Both the position numbers and the translations under genes were made by a program. From an uncultured bacterium (GTDB lineage: Bacteria; JAGOEH01), in assembly GCA_964632485.1 (NCBI GenBank), contig CAZWDO010000004.1, forward strand, positions 1-64,000: a stretch of 64,000 nt of DNA, written 5' to 3'. Below are positions 37,996 to 50,000 of the stretch, piece by piece (position 1 is the stretch's first letter; every line of letters starts with the position of its first letter). The notes under the pieces are model-generated. The model was not told the origin of the DNA. It saw nothing but the letters and a program-made list of their open reading frames with translations, and did no database searches.

Positions 37996-40356
37996 GTGAA
38001 ATCTATACTAGTATTGTGCGCCTGGTTATTTGCATTAGCAACCGTTCATTTCGGTGAAACCTGGCAGCAACTCCGTGTCAACGGAATTGATCCTCAAAAT
38101 TTGCTGAAGACACTCAAACTGTTGGAACTGGATGGTATTGATCTGCGCTTTGAGGGAAAAAATTGCGCCACCCTGGTGGTAAATGAGGAACAATGCGCCC
38201 GATTGATGCTAAGCGCTCTTCCTTACGAAATCGTCATTTCTGATTTAACCCGATACTATGCTGAACGCTGCCAAAATGGACTATTTAAAGCCAGCCCGGT
38301 AGATGATTCCCTGGGAATTGGACTCCCTTTTGGCAGTATGGGCGGCTATTACACAATGACCGAAATCGAAGCGATAATCGATTCATTCCATTTTAATTTT
38401 CCCCATATCGTTGGCGAAAAATACTCGATCGGTCAATCCATTGAGGGCCGCCCCATTTATGCGTTTAAGGTTTCTGATTTCCCCGATCAGGATGATGATA
38501 GCCTGAGAACGCTGATCACATCGCTTATACACGCCCGCGAAGCGCAAGGAATGATGTCCATGATCTACTTTATACGGTACCTGATCCAGTCTTATGAAAA
38601 TGATCCCCTCATTCGTTATTTAGTCAACAATCGGGAAATTCTCTTTATTCCAGTCGTCAATCCCGATGGATATCAACAAAACATCACAACCAATCCCTAT
38701 GGTGGCGGAATGTGGCGCAAAAATCGCCGAGCTGAAAACCTGCAGGTTTACGGCGTTGATTTAAATCGAAATTTCGCCTATTGCTGGGGCTATGACAATA
38801 ATGGTTCCAGCGGTAATCGCAACTGGGACACTTATCGCGGAGCTTCCCCCTTTTCTGAACCGGAAAGCCAGGCGATAAGAGAGCTTTGTATCCAATATCC
38901 TTTTCAAACCGCGTTAAATTATCATACCTATTCCAATCTGTTAATATTCCCCTGGAGCTATATCGATCAGCCCTCCCCTGACGATTCGATATATCAGGCA
39001 ATAGGTTCGCTCATGACGCGCGACAATCATTATCTGAGTGGCACTTCAGCTCAAACGGTCCAATACGTTGTTAACGGCGGAACAGATGATTGGATGTATG
39101 GTGAACAAACAGAAAAACCCAAAACATTCGCTTTCACCATGGAATTGGGCAACTCAAGAGACGGTTTTTGGCCGCAAGCGGAGCGAATATTACCCATTGC
39201 CCAACGTTGCCTGATTGCCAATATACAGTTGGTTAAGCTTACCGGCGCTTCACCACAAATTCTAAGCTATACAATCCAAAACCAGTATAACTGGTATGCT
39301 CCCGGAGATACACTTCATTTTTCATTGCATATCAAAAATTGTGGATTAAAATCGATGGATGAATCAGCCAGAATCATTCTGAAACAAGCAGCTTCCCCCG
39401 ACCAAACGATCGATATACCCATGCTTAACAGTCAGCAATCTGTGGAAATAACCGATATCCCTGTTATTTTACCCTTTTTGACAACGCCTGAGCTATGCGC
39501 ATTATCCTTTCATCTGAGTTACGAAAATGCAATTTTTGATTCACTGATTCTCGTGCGACCGGTGGGATTCCCCCAACCAATTCTATCCGAAAATTTCGAT
39601 CAACCCGGCTTGTGGAATTTTTCACAATGGGAACTCGATTCCACCCAGTATTATACAGCTCCCGGCTGCCTCAGTGATTCTCCCGGCAGAAATTACGCCC
39701 CTTCCCAGCTACGCTCCACCTACTCTCCCTATTTTGTCGTTCCCGATTCACTTGAGACCTGGCTAACGTTTAAAACAAAATGGGATATTGAAAAATATTA
39801 TGATCGGGGATTGATCGAAATCGAAGATTCGACCAGCCAGTTTGCATCATCTATAAGGTGTGGTTTTATGAGTCCCGGCTCCGGACAAAACAGTTTCCAG
39901 GATGAAAACCTCTTCGGTTATGACGGAACTCAAGATAATTGGCAGACCGAATGGGTTTCCCTGACCGATTTTAGAGGTAAAAAAATTCGCTTGAAGTTTT
40001 GCCTGGCCACCGATAACAGCTCCCAGGCCAATGGCTGGTCACTGGATGATATTTTGGTTCTCCACTATCCCCAACCATCGGAGATAGATATCAACGAATC
40101 GGAGAGCGACGGCATCCCTGTTCTATGCTATCCAAATCCGGCCCATTCACATTTAACTATCCAACGGAAGGCAAGGACGCGCGCGACACTGGAGTTTTTC
40201 GATCTGCTCGGACGACAGTTGACCCGCTTCGTAACTCTTGAACACTCCCTGGAAATTGATTTGAGCAAAATCTGTTCCGCTCCAGGGGTACTCTTTCTGA
40301 GGATTTCCACGGAAAATGGCAAACAAACAATCCACCGACTGGTATACTTACCGTAG
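37996..40356 (+). CDS. M14 zinc carboxypeptidase (carboxypeptidase T-like) with T9SS-type C-terminal domain
   Basis: IHARE, NPDG, WRKNR, GVDLNRN, NYHTYS, TMELG; C-terminal YPNPA...FDLLGR. Confidence 0.92.
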   Translation: MKSILVLCAWLFALATVHFGETWQQLRVNGIDPQNLLKTLKLLELDGIDLRFEGKNCATLVVNEEQCARLMLSALPYEIVISDLTRYYAERCQNGLFKASPVDDSLGIGLPFGSMGGYYTMTEIEAIIDSFHFNFPHIVGEKYSIGQSIEGRPIYAFKVSDFPDQDDDSLRTLITSLIHAREAQGMMSMIYFIRYLIQSYENDPLIRYLVNNREILFIPVVNPDGYQQNITTNPYGGGMWRKNRRAENLQVYGVDLNRNFAYCWGYDNNGSSGNRNWDTYRGASPFSEPESQAIRELCIQYPFQTALNYHTYSNLLIFPWSYIDQPSPDDSIYQAIGSLMTRDNHYLSGTSAQTVQYVVNGGTDDWMYGEQTEKPKTFAFTMELGNSRDGFWPQAERILPIAQRCLIANIQLVKLTGASPQILSYTIQNQYNWYAPGDTLHFSLHIKNCGLKSMDESARIILKQAASPDQTIDIPMLNSQQSVEITDIPVILPFLTTPELCALSFHLSYENAIFDSLILVRPVGFPQPILSENFDQPGLWNFSQWELDSTQYYTAPGCLSDSPGRNYAPSQLRSTYSPYFVVPDSLETWLTFKTKWDIEKYYDRGLIEIEDSTSQFASSIRCGFMSPGSGQNSFQDENLFGYDGTQDNWQTEWVSLTDFRGKKIRLKFCLATDNSSQANGWSLDDILVLHYPQPSEIDINESESDGIPVLCYPNPAHSHLTIQRKARTRATLEFFDLLGRQLTRFVTLEHSLEIDLSKICSAPGVLFLRISTENGKQTIHRLVYLP

Positions 40357-40951
40357 CATCATCCTTGTGTTGATTGAAACGATCAGTATTTATTTATTTT
40401 CCTGCAATAATCCCTTTTCAATCCGGGAAGGGGAACCGCCCATTCACTCACAATTGATCTGGTCCCCTCCGACGGAACCGGGCATTGTAATTGAAAACCT
40501 GCAAAGCGCCCTGGCAAATAGCAACCTGTCTTACTATATTCGCTGCCTGGGAGGAGATTTCATTTTTTTAGCCGATGAAAATGAGCGTTCCACAATCAAT
40601 CCGGACGCTTGGAAATACCAGAATTGGAATTTTGATATCGAACAATCCGCCATGACTCGCCTTTTTAATTTTTTCCGCGATACTATCCGCGCCGATAATC
40701 CAGTGATTGATGTCAACTTCAGCCGCACCAGTCAAGCAGACGTGATTCTCCCCGGTGATAGCGCGCGGCTTTATCGCGATTATGAAATTAAAATTTATCA
40801 CAATTACCCGCAATACCCGTCGTATTGCCGGGGAACCTTATTGTGGACGATGAAAGCCGATCCCAGTGGGTTTTGGACAATCACCCACTGGTCGGATTTA
40901 AAGATTGATAGTCTCGATTGGGGCGCTTTTAAAGGAATTTTCAGGTTTTAG
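40316..40951 (+). CDS. Hypothetical lipoprotein
   Basis: LFS-C lipobox followed by NNPFSIREGEPP; C-terminal WTITHWSD; start uncertain. Confidence 0.7.
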   Translation: MANKQSTDWYTYRSIILVLIETISIYLFSCNNPFSIREGEPPIHSQLIWSPPTEPGIVIENLQSALANSNLSYYIRCLGGDFIFLADENERSTINPDAWKYQNWNFDIEQSAMTRLFNFFRDTIRADNPVIDVNFSRTSQADVILPGDSARLYRDYEIKIYHNYPQYPSYCRGTLLWTMKADPSGFWTITHWSDLKIDSLDWGAFKGIFRF

Positions 40952-42389
40952 CAAGTTTTTCCAACGTAGCAACTAATAATTTCCAGAATTTTTCCACTGT
41001 TACAACATTGACTTTCTCATCGGGTGAATGAGGATTGCCAATATCAGGCCCAATCGAGATCATTTCCATACCAGGAAATTTTACGCCAATGATTCCGGTT
41101 TCCAAACCCGCATGGATCGATTCCAATTTGGGGGTTTTTTGAAAAACCTGTTCATAGACCTTTACCATTGTGTGAACCAGGCTGGAGTTGGCATTGGGCT
41201 GCCAGCCAGGATACTTGCCGCTATGCTGGATGGAAGCGCCCGCTAATTCTCCTACCGACTGGATTTTCTCCGAAATGAGGCGAAGTCCGGTTTCCGATGA
41301 ACTGCGACTCATCTGATGGATCATCAGCATTTGATCAGAAATCTTGACAATCGCCAAATTCGTGGACGTTTCAACTTTATCAGTCAATGAGAGACTCATC
41401 CGTTTCACCCCATGTGGCAAAGCATAGAGCAGTTGAAGAATTTTTTTGGATTCGGCTTCACAGAGCGATTGACTGATCGATACTGAGGAAATTTCAAATT
41501 TCATATCCGGTTCAGCCGGCTGAAGATCCATTTTAATCGCATTAAAAGCAGGTTCCACCATTCTTTGGATCTCATCCAAACTCAATACCGAAGAACAATT
41601 AATTATAGCCTCGCGGCAAATCGCATTCCGTTTACTTCCGGCTTGGATATAACTAATACGTAAACTCGCTTCCTCAGAGATTTCATATAATAAATATGTC
41701 AAAATTTTTATAGCATTGGCCCGTCCCAGGTTAATGTCTAAACCGGAATGTCCGCCCTTCATCCCGCTTAGTTTAAGCTGGAATCCGTTAGTGGGCGAAG
41801 GTTCAAAATGCAGGGGCAGGGTCAAAACAGTATCCTGACCTCCGGCGCAACCAATCGTAAACATCCCTTCTTCCTCACTATCCAAATTGAGTAGAAAACG
41901 ACCCCGCAGGAACCCGGTCTGGATATAATTTGCCCCTGTCATACCGGTTTCTTCATCAATTGTGCACAGTACTTCCAAGGGGCCATGGAGGATCGCGGGA
42001 TCCAGCAAAATGGCCAGAGATGCAGCCAGTCCGATACCATTATCAGAACCCAGAGTCGTGTCTTGAGCTAATAGCCAGTCACCATCACGACGCAATTGAA
42101 TCGGATCATTATCAAAATCAAAGGAGACATCAGAATTTTTCTCGCATACCATATCCACATGCGATTGCAGTACAATAATCGGCGCGCTCTCACATCCGGG
42201 GCTGCCAGGTTTGCGCATTACAATATTGCCGACACTATCTTTGCGATACTCAATTCCATGCTTACTGGCAAATTCTTCCAAATAACAGATAATCTTTTCT
42301 TCTTTTTTTGAACAACGGGGAATTTGACGGATTTCATCGAATATCTCCCATAATCCTGCAGGATTTAAACCAGTTAATGAAGAATCCAT
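40941..42389 (-). CDS. pepD: Aminoacyl-histidine dipeptidase (M20)
   Basis: LQSHVDMVCEK, TTLGSDNGIG, DEETGMTGA, NLDSEEEG, GGHSG, IHAGLE, HSPDE. Confidence 0.95.
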   Translation of the reverse strand: MDSSLTGLNPAGLWEIFDEIRQIPRCSKKEEKIICYLEEFASKHGIEYRKDSVGNIVMRKPGSPGCESAPIIVLQSHVDMVCEKNSDVSFDFDNDPIQLRRDGDWLLAQDTTLGSDNGIGLAASLAILLDPAILHGPLEVLCTIDEETGMTGANYIQTGFLRGRFLLNLDSEEEGMFTIGCAGGQDTVLTLPLHFEPSPTNGFQLKLSGMKGGHSGLDINLGRANAIKILTYLLYEISEEASLRISYIQAGSKRNAICREAIINCSSVLSLDEIQRMVEPAFNAIKMDLQPAEPDMKFEISSVSISQSLCEAESKKILQLLYALPHGVKRMSLSLTDKVETSTNLAIVKISDQMLMIHQMSRSSSETGLRLISEKIQSVGELAGASIQHSGKYPGWQPNANSSLVHTMVKVYEQVFQKTPKLESIHAGLETGIIGVKFPGMEMISIGPDIGNPHSPDEKVNVVTVEKFWKLLVATLEKLAKT

Positions 42390-42435
42390 AACAGACTCCT
42401 TCTAAAAGGGTTGGAACAATGAAATTTATTTAACA

Positions 42436-42906
42436 TCAATAAGGTAATTTTAAAATTTTATTTTCAAGATGAAAAAGTGAATCCAACAGGCTGATTCGCG
42501 ATGTTTCCTCCCGTATGATCCGGTTTATCTCATCATCTTCAAGCAAGCGGATAATCCGTCCCTTCAAACGGGCGTATTTGGGCAAGTTGTCCCGCGGCGT
42601 CAATAAAAAAAACAACACATTAAATTCACGGGGATCCTTCTCACGCATACTCAAATTCATCCGATTACGCAAAACCATTAAATACGATTTGGTAAAAAAT
42701 GGATGATACAGATGAAGCATCATATTACCATGCCCTAAAGAAGTCGGGAAATTTGATACCTTTTTTTCATAAAGCTTTTTCAAATCCGCAATGACATCCT
42801 CCTGCAACATCAGGATGTTACTATGAATGACGTAATCCACCATTTCCTTTAGAGAATGGAGGTCCACATCAAAAATCAGACCGGGTTTAAGTATAAATTT
42901 TAACAT
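42436..42906 (-). CDS. Divergent PTS EIIA (Ntr/Fru-type) domain protein
   Basis: PTSLGHGNMMLH resembles the T(G/A)xGxGxxxPH motif; VLFFLLTP; 156 aa. Confidence 0.6.
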   Translation of the reverse strand: MLKFILKPGLIFDVDLHSLKEMVDYVIHSNILMLQEDVIADLKKLYEKKVSNFPTSLGHGNMMLHLYHPFFTKSYLMVLRNRMNLSMREKDPREFNVLFFLLTPRDNLPKYARLKGRIIRLLEDDEINRIIREETSRISLLDSLFHLENKILKLPY

Positions 42907-42912
42907 CGAACC

Positions 42913-44517
42913 TCAATGTCTCAGATTGTATGCCGTCACCAAACTGTCAGCTCGGGGGAAATAGCGCATAACATCCATCAAATCGGGATGTCCCATCAGA
43001 ATTGTTTGCCAGGCTTTTTCCGGTCCCCAGAAAAAAAGCGCCATCGCATATTTAATTTGGCGTTTCAGCAAATCGCTTTTATTAGACATGGTTTCCAAGG
43101 AGATAGCGGGCGCCTTGCTATGCGCCATCTGTATAAATTGACGAAAAACGGAATCGGAAACCTCATATTTATTTAAGAAAAATCCAAAATCATTTTTTAA
43201 TAGCAAATGGTTCCGCGCGTAAGTTGTTGCAAAATAAACAATTAAATTTTCCGGATATGATAACCGAGTCAGCAATTGAGATGTATCATGCCAATGAATG
43301 TTATAATCCGGGGCAATTCCCCCACCGCCCCACACCTTACGTTTCCCTTTGGTATAAAAATAAGACCGGGTCGTATCTGTTTGGAAACGATCTAAATCTT
43401 CCTGGTAATAGTTAATTGAACCTTTGCTGAAATCCCGTTGGATAAGCCTTCCGGCGGGAGTGTAATACTTTGCTATGGTTAAAAGGATAGCGCCACCGTT
43501 AGTTAGAGGGAAAGGCTGTTGGACCAGACCTTTGCCGAAACTACGAACACCAACGACCAAACCGCGGTCCCAGTCTTGAATCGCGCCGGCAACGATTTCC
43601 GATGCGCTGGCCGTTTGATGGCTAATCATGATGATCAGCGCCAGTTCCGTGAAATTGTCTTCTGAACCAGCCCGAAAGACTCGTTCCATCCCGGCATCAC
43701 GGCCCCGAGTATTAACAATTTCTTCTCCTTGATATAAAAAAAGCTCAGCCATCTGAATCGCTTCATCCAGCAACCCCCCGCCATTATAACGCAAATCCAG
43801 AATCAAGCGCCTCATCCCCTCTTTTTCAAACGACCTAAGATGTTTTTCCAGTTCATTAAAAGTAGTCTCCATAAAACTGGAAACCCGGATATAAGCCGTC
43901 AAACTATCCACCATAAACGCAGCCGGAATCGATTTCACTTTGATTAAATCGCGAACCAGGCTGATGGCCATTGTTCCTTCCACTCCCGGTCGTTCCAATT
44001 CCAGTTCAAGCGATGTCCCTCCCTCGCCCCGAAACTGATCTCGCAAATTTTTATAGGTTGAGTGGGCCACAGAGTTACCATTGACTTTTATAATCCTGTC
44101 TCCGGGAGAAATACCCGACAAAGCAGCCGGTGAACCCTCGCTGGTAGTGATAATCACAATAGCATCATCAATGACCTCATAGCTTATGCCAATTCCATAG
44201 AAAGCGCCCTCCGTTTCCTCATTAAAATCCACATTTTCCTCTGGATCAAGATAATAAGAATGAGGGTCCAGTGAACTCAACATCCCCTGGATGCCTTCCT
44301 GAATCAACGGTTCTTCATCCACCGGTTCAACATAATAGTTTTCGATCAATTGAATCGATTCGGTCCAAAGATTGATAGCTCCATAGGATTCACCCTCAAA
44401 TCCCCTATTTTTTTTTGGCCCGTGAATTGAAAATACCGGCGCCCACAAAATATACAAAAACATGAGGATATTCGTGATGATTAAAAAATAGAGCCAAAAT
44501 CGAATATGGCGACTCAT
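42913..44517 (-). CDS. S41 C-terminal processing protease with PDZ domain
   Basis: LDPHSYY, GIGI PDZ, LDLRYNGGG, TASASEI, FGKGLVQ, YYTPAGR. Confidence 0.95.
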   Translation of the reverse strand: MSRHIRFWLYFLIITNILMFLYILWAPVFSIHGPKKNRGFEGESYGAINLWTESIQLIENYYVEPVDEEPLIQEGIQGMLSSLDPHSYYLDPEENVDFNEETEGAFYGIGISYEVIDDAIVIITTSEGSPAALSGISPGDRIIKVNGNSVAHSTYKNLRDQFRGEGGTSLELELERPGVEGTMAISLVRDLIKVKSIPAAFMVDSLTAYIRVSSFMETTFNELEKHLRSFEKEGMRRLILDLRYNGGGLLDEAIQMAELFLYQGEEIVNTRGRDAGMERVFRAGSEDNFTELALIIMISHQTASASEIVAGAIQDWDRGLVVGVRSFGKGLVQQPFPLTNGGAILLTIAKYYTPAGRLIQRDFSKGSINYYQEDLDRFQTDTTRSYFYTKGKRKVWGGGGIAPDYNIHWHDTSQLLTRLSYPENLIVYFATTYARNHLLLKNDFGFFLNKYEVSDSVFRQFIQMAHSKAPAISLETMSNKSDLLKRQIKYAMALFFWGPEKAWQTILMGHPDLMDVMRYFPRADSLVTAYNLRH

Positions 44518-44766
44518 TCTAAATTCCCATTGAAAATCAACTCGTTTAGCTACCTGAATGGCTCCACTCTATACCCGCGCAGTTCAGCGCCCAAATTGAT
44601 GAGCCGCCAATCACGGATGGCATGGTCCATTCGCCCGCGATGCTTTCCTTAAAGCCGAATACGGTCAAAAAATGTAAATACAACATGCTATTATTGAACA
44701 TATATAAAAAAAAACTAAAAGTCAAGTTTTTTTTCATATTCAACAACGGATTTTACTATTTCGTTC

Positions 44767-44795
44767 TTGACAACCAGTATGAAACTGTTTATAAT
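44767..44795 (+). promoter_or_regulatory. Consensus sigma70 promoter of the YCF48-like gene
   Basis: TTGACA-17 bp-TATAAT; AAGGAG SD downstream. Confidence 0.85.
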
Positions 44796-44814
44796 GAAAA
44801 AAAGGAGTTGAATC

Positions 44815-46989
44815 ATGTATTTACGTATAAGTATAATTATCAGTATGATGATGGTCATAATCTTACAGGCCCAGGAATTGAGTATTCTCCGCGCGCCCAG
44901 TTTCCACGGCGACCTGCGTCAGTTCTATGCAGCGCCCCGATATAACTCTGAGGAACAAATTGTTTGGACAGTCGGGTACGATATTTACGCCAATGGCTTA
45001 CAATCTTTTATTTCGCGCTCCAGCGATTCGGGCAGTACCTGGGATCATCTTAATTGCGCAACCATTGAACCTTCTGCGCGGTTGAATGGAGTTTTCTTTT
45101 TTGACTCCTTAGATGGCTGGTGCGCCGGATATCCGGGTGTTATCTATCACACCGGCGATGGCGGCGAAAGTTGGCAGTCCAGGGGAAATTCCATTGAACA
45201 TGAAGGGACACTGAATGATATTTGGTTTACATCTCCTTTGAAAGGATTTGCTTGTGGAAGTGAATCTCAGGGAAGCAACCTCCTATACACTTTAGATGGA
45301 GGCAATACTTGGCAAGGGATGAATATTACCGACGGCAAAACCCTCTATAAATTTTTGTGGTTAGATAGTCTCAATGGCGTGGTTATCGGCGGTAGCGGAA
45401 AATTCGCCCGCACTTTCGATGGCGGATCAACCTGGATTAGCGGTACTGTATCCGCTGCCCCTGGGACTCTCTATGATATCTGCCGACTCAATGAAAATTC
45501 AATGATCATATCCGGAGCTGCCGGTAATCTTTACATTAGCGCTGATAATGGGATCACGTTCCAGTTTATGCAAAAAATATCCAATGTCCCTTTGTATTCC
45601 ATCGCCTTTCAGGATTCAATCAACGGCTTTGCCGTGGGTTCAGGCGGTGAAGCTTATCATAGTAGTGATGGCGGCGCCACATGGGAGCTAATGCCGCTCT
45701 TTTCGTCTGAAGTGCTGCATGCGGTCACTTCCATCGGTGACCATTTGCTCGTGGGAGGTTATCGCAGCTCACTTTTTCTCAGTCAAAATCAAGGTGATTC
45801 ATGGATAACGATCGCTAACAGTTCCCGCGATTTTTATGGAATCGATTCAAGAGGCGATACGATCGTCATTGCCGGCGGGAGTGGCGACGCCTTACGCAGT
45901 GAAGCCGATATTTCACTTGATGGAGGCAAAAACTGGCAGATTATGCCGTTAATCACCGGGAACCTGCTTTATGATATCGCATTAGTTGATAATCAACTTG
46001 TTGTATGCGGTCGGGATGCCGCTTTTTATACGTCCGATAACCTTGGCCAGTCATGGACTAATCATAGTTGGGGCAACAGCAGCACAACCCGCAATTATAA
46101 GCTTTTTTTTCAGGATGCAGCCCGGGGATATATGGTCAGCAACGATGGGATGGTCTATTTTACCGAAACCATGGGGGCTAACTGGCAAACAGTTGCCGAT
46201 CTGGGTAATTTCGCCTTATACGATATTAAATTCACATCCTCAGGCAAAGCATTTGCAGTCGGGGGCGGCGATCGGATTTACCAGAGTTTTAATGGCCAGG
46301 ATTGGTCGCATGAAGGACTGGAGCGGCCGTCCTATCAGATTACAGGGGTTTGGATGAACGATGATGACAATGGATATATCTGTGGAGAACACGGCGCAAT
46401 ATGGCGCACCCTGGACGGATTCCGCAGCATTGAGTTGATTTCTGATACCAATCTCTATGCCGATGTCCTGGTTCACGACATTATCGCTCTGGGTGACAAT
46501 CAGGTATGGGCTGTTGGTGAAAACGGACATATTTTTTATCAGAACAGCGAAGGCCTAATGTCACTTTGGGGAAAACCGCCACAAGATAGCATTGATTTGT
46601 TAGCCATTACGTCATTAAATGATTCAACCCTGGCTATTAGTGGGAGTGATGGCATGGTTTATGCGCTCCATCTTTCCCGGGGGCCCACCCGGATCGCGCA
46701 TGAGGAAAACCCACCGCCAGAGCCAGTACTCTTCCTGACGACTCCGGGGTCCCTCTCACCCGAAAAAAATATTTACTACTGCCACCTTTCCCGCTCCAGT
46801 CATATAAAAATTTCTGTTTATGATATCCTGGGACGCGAGGTATCCCGCCCAATGGATGCCAATTTGCCACCGGGCGTCCATACGATTTCAATTCCCGTCA
46901 CCCATCTAAGCGCCGGGCATTATTTCATCGCATTTTATTTAAATGGCGGCAAACCACACGCCGTCAAGCGATTTATTATCGTTAAATAA
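44815..46989 (+). CDS. YCF48/BNR (Asp-box) beta-propeller protein with T9SS-type C-terminal domain
   Basis: Many T/SxDGGxTW Asp-box repeats; C-terminal VYDILGREV...LSAGHYF. Confidence 0.88.
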   Translation: MYLRISIIISMMMVIILQAQELSILRAPSFHGDLRQFYAAPRYNSEEQIVWTVGYDIYANGLQSFISRSSDSGSTWDHLNCATIEPSARLNGVFFFDSLDGWCAGYPGVIYHTGDGGESWQSRGNSIEHEGTLNDIWFTSPLKGFACGSESQGSNLLYTLDGGNTWQGMNITDGKTLYKFLWLDSLNGVVIGGSGKFARTFDGGSTWISGTVSAAPGTLYDICRLNENSMIISGAAGNLYISADNGITFQFMQKISNVPLYSIAFQDSINGFAVGSGGEAYHSSDGGATWELMPLFSSEVLHAVTSIGDHLLVGGYRSSLFLSQNQGDSWITIANSSRDFYGIDSRGDTIVIAGGSGDALRSEADISLDGGKNWQIMPLITGNLLYDIALVDNQLVVCGRDAAFYTSDNLGQSWTNHSWGNSSTTRNYKLFFQDAARGYMVSNDGMVYFTETMGANWQTVADLGNFALYDIKFTSSGKAFAVGGGDRIYQSFNGQDWSHEGLERPSYQITGVWMNDDDNGYICGEHGAIWRTLDGFRSIELISDTNLYADVLVHDIIALGDNQVWAVGENGHIFYQNSEGLMSLWGKPPQDSIDLLAITSLNDSTLAISGSDGMVYALHLSRGPTRIAHEENPPPEPVLFLTTPGSLSPEKNIYYCHLSRSSHIKISVYDILGREVSRPMDANLPPGVHTISIPVTHLSAGHYFIAFYLNGGKPHAVKRFIIVK

Positions 46990-47059
46990 TTAATTTTTGA
47001 ATGTAAAACAATAGGATTTATATGAAATCATTCTCATCAACAACCATGTGGATGCGACT

Positions 47060-50000
47060 ATGAATTCACACAAACAATCAGTTGCAATTTTTATACTGCT
47101 GCTAATGGGACTGAACCTTACCCGAGCAGAATCAGCCGGATCCAATACGTCAAATTTTGTACGATGCTGGATTTTGTTTGACCGCCAAATCGGACCTGAT
47201 TTTCAACCGGTTCATTCCAGAAATCCAATTGAAAAAGGGCAGCGGTTCCAACAATTTGTGCATACCTTGCAAGATATTTCCACCCAAAGCAGAATCGATT
47301 TTTTACCATTACTGGAGTCCGCAAAAACTGAAAAACAGATCAATAGCTGGGAATTTTTTTGGATTGTGAATGCTGTGTTAGTGGATGGGCAACCAATTTT
47401 TTTTGAAAAATTAAAAAATTACCCTAACATCCGCTCCATTGTTCCCGATCGCCTTCTAACGATGCCACATCCCATTCGGAAACAGCTACCTTCACTTCTC
47501 AAAACAAATAAAGGCCACGAAACATCCCTGGATATAATCGGAGTTCCGGAATTATGGGCTATGGGGATAACCGGCGCCGGACGATTGGTGATGAATATTG
47601 ACAATGGCGTGGATGGAAACCATCCTCAATTGAGCGCTCGCTGGCGCGGATTATCGGTTTCGCCGAGCGCCGCCTGGTACGATCCGAGCTGGGGCAGCAT
47701 GTTCCCTGAAGATCGCACCGATCCTTCTAAACTCAGTTGGGGACATGGTACACATACCATGGCAACCCTGGCTGGTTGCGATCCACTGTCGGGGGACACT
47801 GTGGGAGTGGCCATCGAAGCAGAATGGATCGCCGCAAACGCTATTTCCGGAGGGAATCCCCATACATCCCGAACTATTTCGGCCTTTCAATGGGCCATTG
47901 ATCCGGATGAAGACCCCGCAACCATTAGTGACCGTCCTGACGTTATTAATTGCAGTTGGTACGACGGCAACGATACACTCGACTTTTGTGATGAAAATTC
48001 AATCTATCGTCTGGCGTTTCAGGTCTTGGAAGCCGCTGATATTACCGTGATATTCTCAGCGGGGAATCAAGGAAATGCAGACAGTACAATTTCACAGCCC
48101 GCCGGGATCGTTATCGATTCGCTCAACACGTTCTGTGTGGGCAATCTGAATGGCGCCGCTTACCTCGAGGGCCATCCTGACCCAATTTTCAGTCAATCCA
48201 GCCATGGCCCTTCGTCATGTCCGGTACAAGGGGCATTAGCATTCAAACCTGAGACCGTTGCGCCTGGAACTGATATTCGTTCTGCCGTGCCGGGCGGTTC
48301 ATATCAGCTTATGACCGGGACATCCATGGCCAGTCCCCATGTTGCGGGGCTGATTGCTCTGCTTAAACAAATTTGCCCTGAACGGTCCGGACGGGAAATT
48401 AAATCCGCTATATACGAAACGGCCATCGACCTCGGAATCAATGGGGAAGACAATACCTACGGCCGGGGGCTCATCAATGCCCCCGCTGCCTTGCGCCGCC
48501 TGATCCCTCCGGATACTATTCCCCCGGAAATAATCGTGTCTCTTTCCGCAGAGCAGATATTCAGCCACTCCATTGCCCTAAAATGGCAGGCCCCCACAGA
48601 CACCAGCCGCTGGGGAGTCAGAGGTTACGATTGCCGATACAGTCACTCTCCCATCACGGATTCCACTTCCTTTAGTCAGGCTACTATTATCGAGAATTTA
48701 CCGACCCCTGCTTTACCCGGAGAATGGCAATCCTTGGTTGTTACCAACCTGGAGGCTGATCTGGATTACTATTTCTGCATCACATCGCTTGATTTGTGGG
48801 GCAATCGATCTCCCCTATCCAATTCCTTATCAGTCCACACACTGGGCATGCCAATTTTATCAGTTTTCCCCGATTCATTTTCAGTAACATCCCCGATACC
48901 TCAGGTGGACTCAGATACATTTCTTATTACGAATACCAGCCACAATCCTTCAGCTCTCACCTATCAAATTAACATTAATTATACTGAAATGCCCTTTACT
49001 TTGACCCGGAATACTAAATCAAGTACGGAAAGTTATATTTGGCGTGATAGCCGACAATCAGGCGGACCCCACTGGGAATGGCGCGATATCTCAATGAACG
49101 GCAAAAAATTAACCGATTGGAAGAATATCCGCGCTAATTATCTTCCCAAGGACGAAGGCTTCCTGGGACCTGTCGATCTGCCCTTTCCCTTCCCCTTTTA
49201 TGATAAAATGGTCAATAAAATCTATATCAGTTCAAATGGTTTTATCTGTTTTGACAGTCTGACTACCATCACAAGTCAAAACAAGCCGATTCCGGATTCC
49301 TCATCTCCCAATGGCATTATCGCCGGGTTTTGGGATGATCTCCATGGCCGCGAAGAAGGGGAATTGTTTTTTAAGGCCGATCTTCAGGAATGTATTATTC
49401 AATATTCAAATTGGAGCCGCTATACGGCCGGTTCCGGAACACTAACCTTTCAGATATCTCTTTATCCTTCCGGTCGAATTAGATTCTACTATAAAACCGT
49501 CGAGGGAACACTCAACTCCGCCACGATCGGGCTTGAGTCCCAGTCTGGTAATGCGGGGGTTCCAATCGCTTATAATCAATCATTTGTTGACAACGAGTTA
49601 GTCGTTTCAATTCAAGCGGCTCCCAACTGGCTCCAGCTATCCCAAACAGAAGGAGTTCTGCAGCAAAGCCAGACAGACACTCTGATTCTTGCTTACAGAT
49701 TAGACGACCTTCAATCCGGCGATTATAAAGCCAATCTGATAATCCATACCAATGATTCGTCAATGAATCAATTTGATTTACCCGTACGATTATACTATAG
49801 GCCAACACTGATGGGCGAAAGTTGGATCATCCCGGCAAGCTGTCGTCTGGATTGGATAGCCATTCCCAATCCATTCAGCGAAGTTACACAGATTCATTAT
49901 TACAGCGGCTGTTCCGCGGAAATTCAAATCATCCTGTTTAATTTATTGGGCGAGCAATTGGAACAATGGACGATCTGGCCTCCTGGCCGGGGTTGGCATT

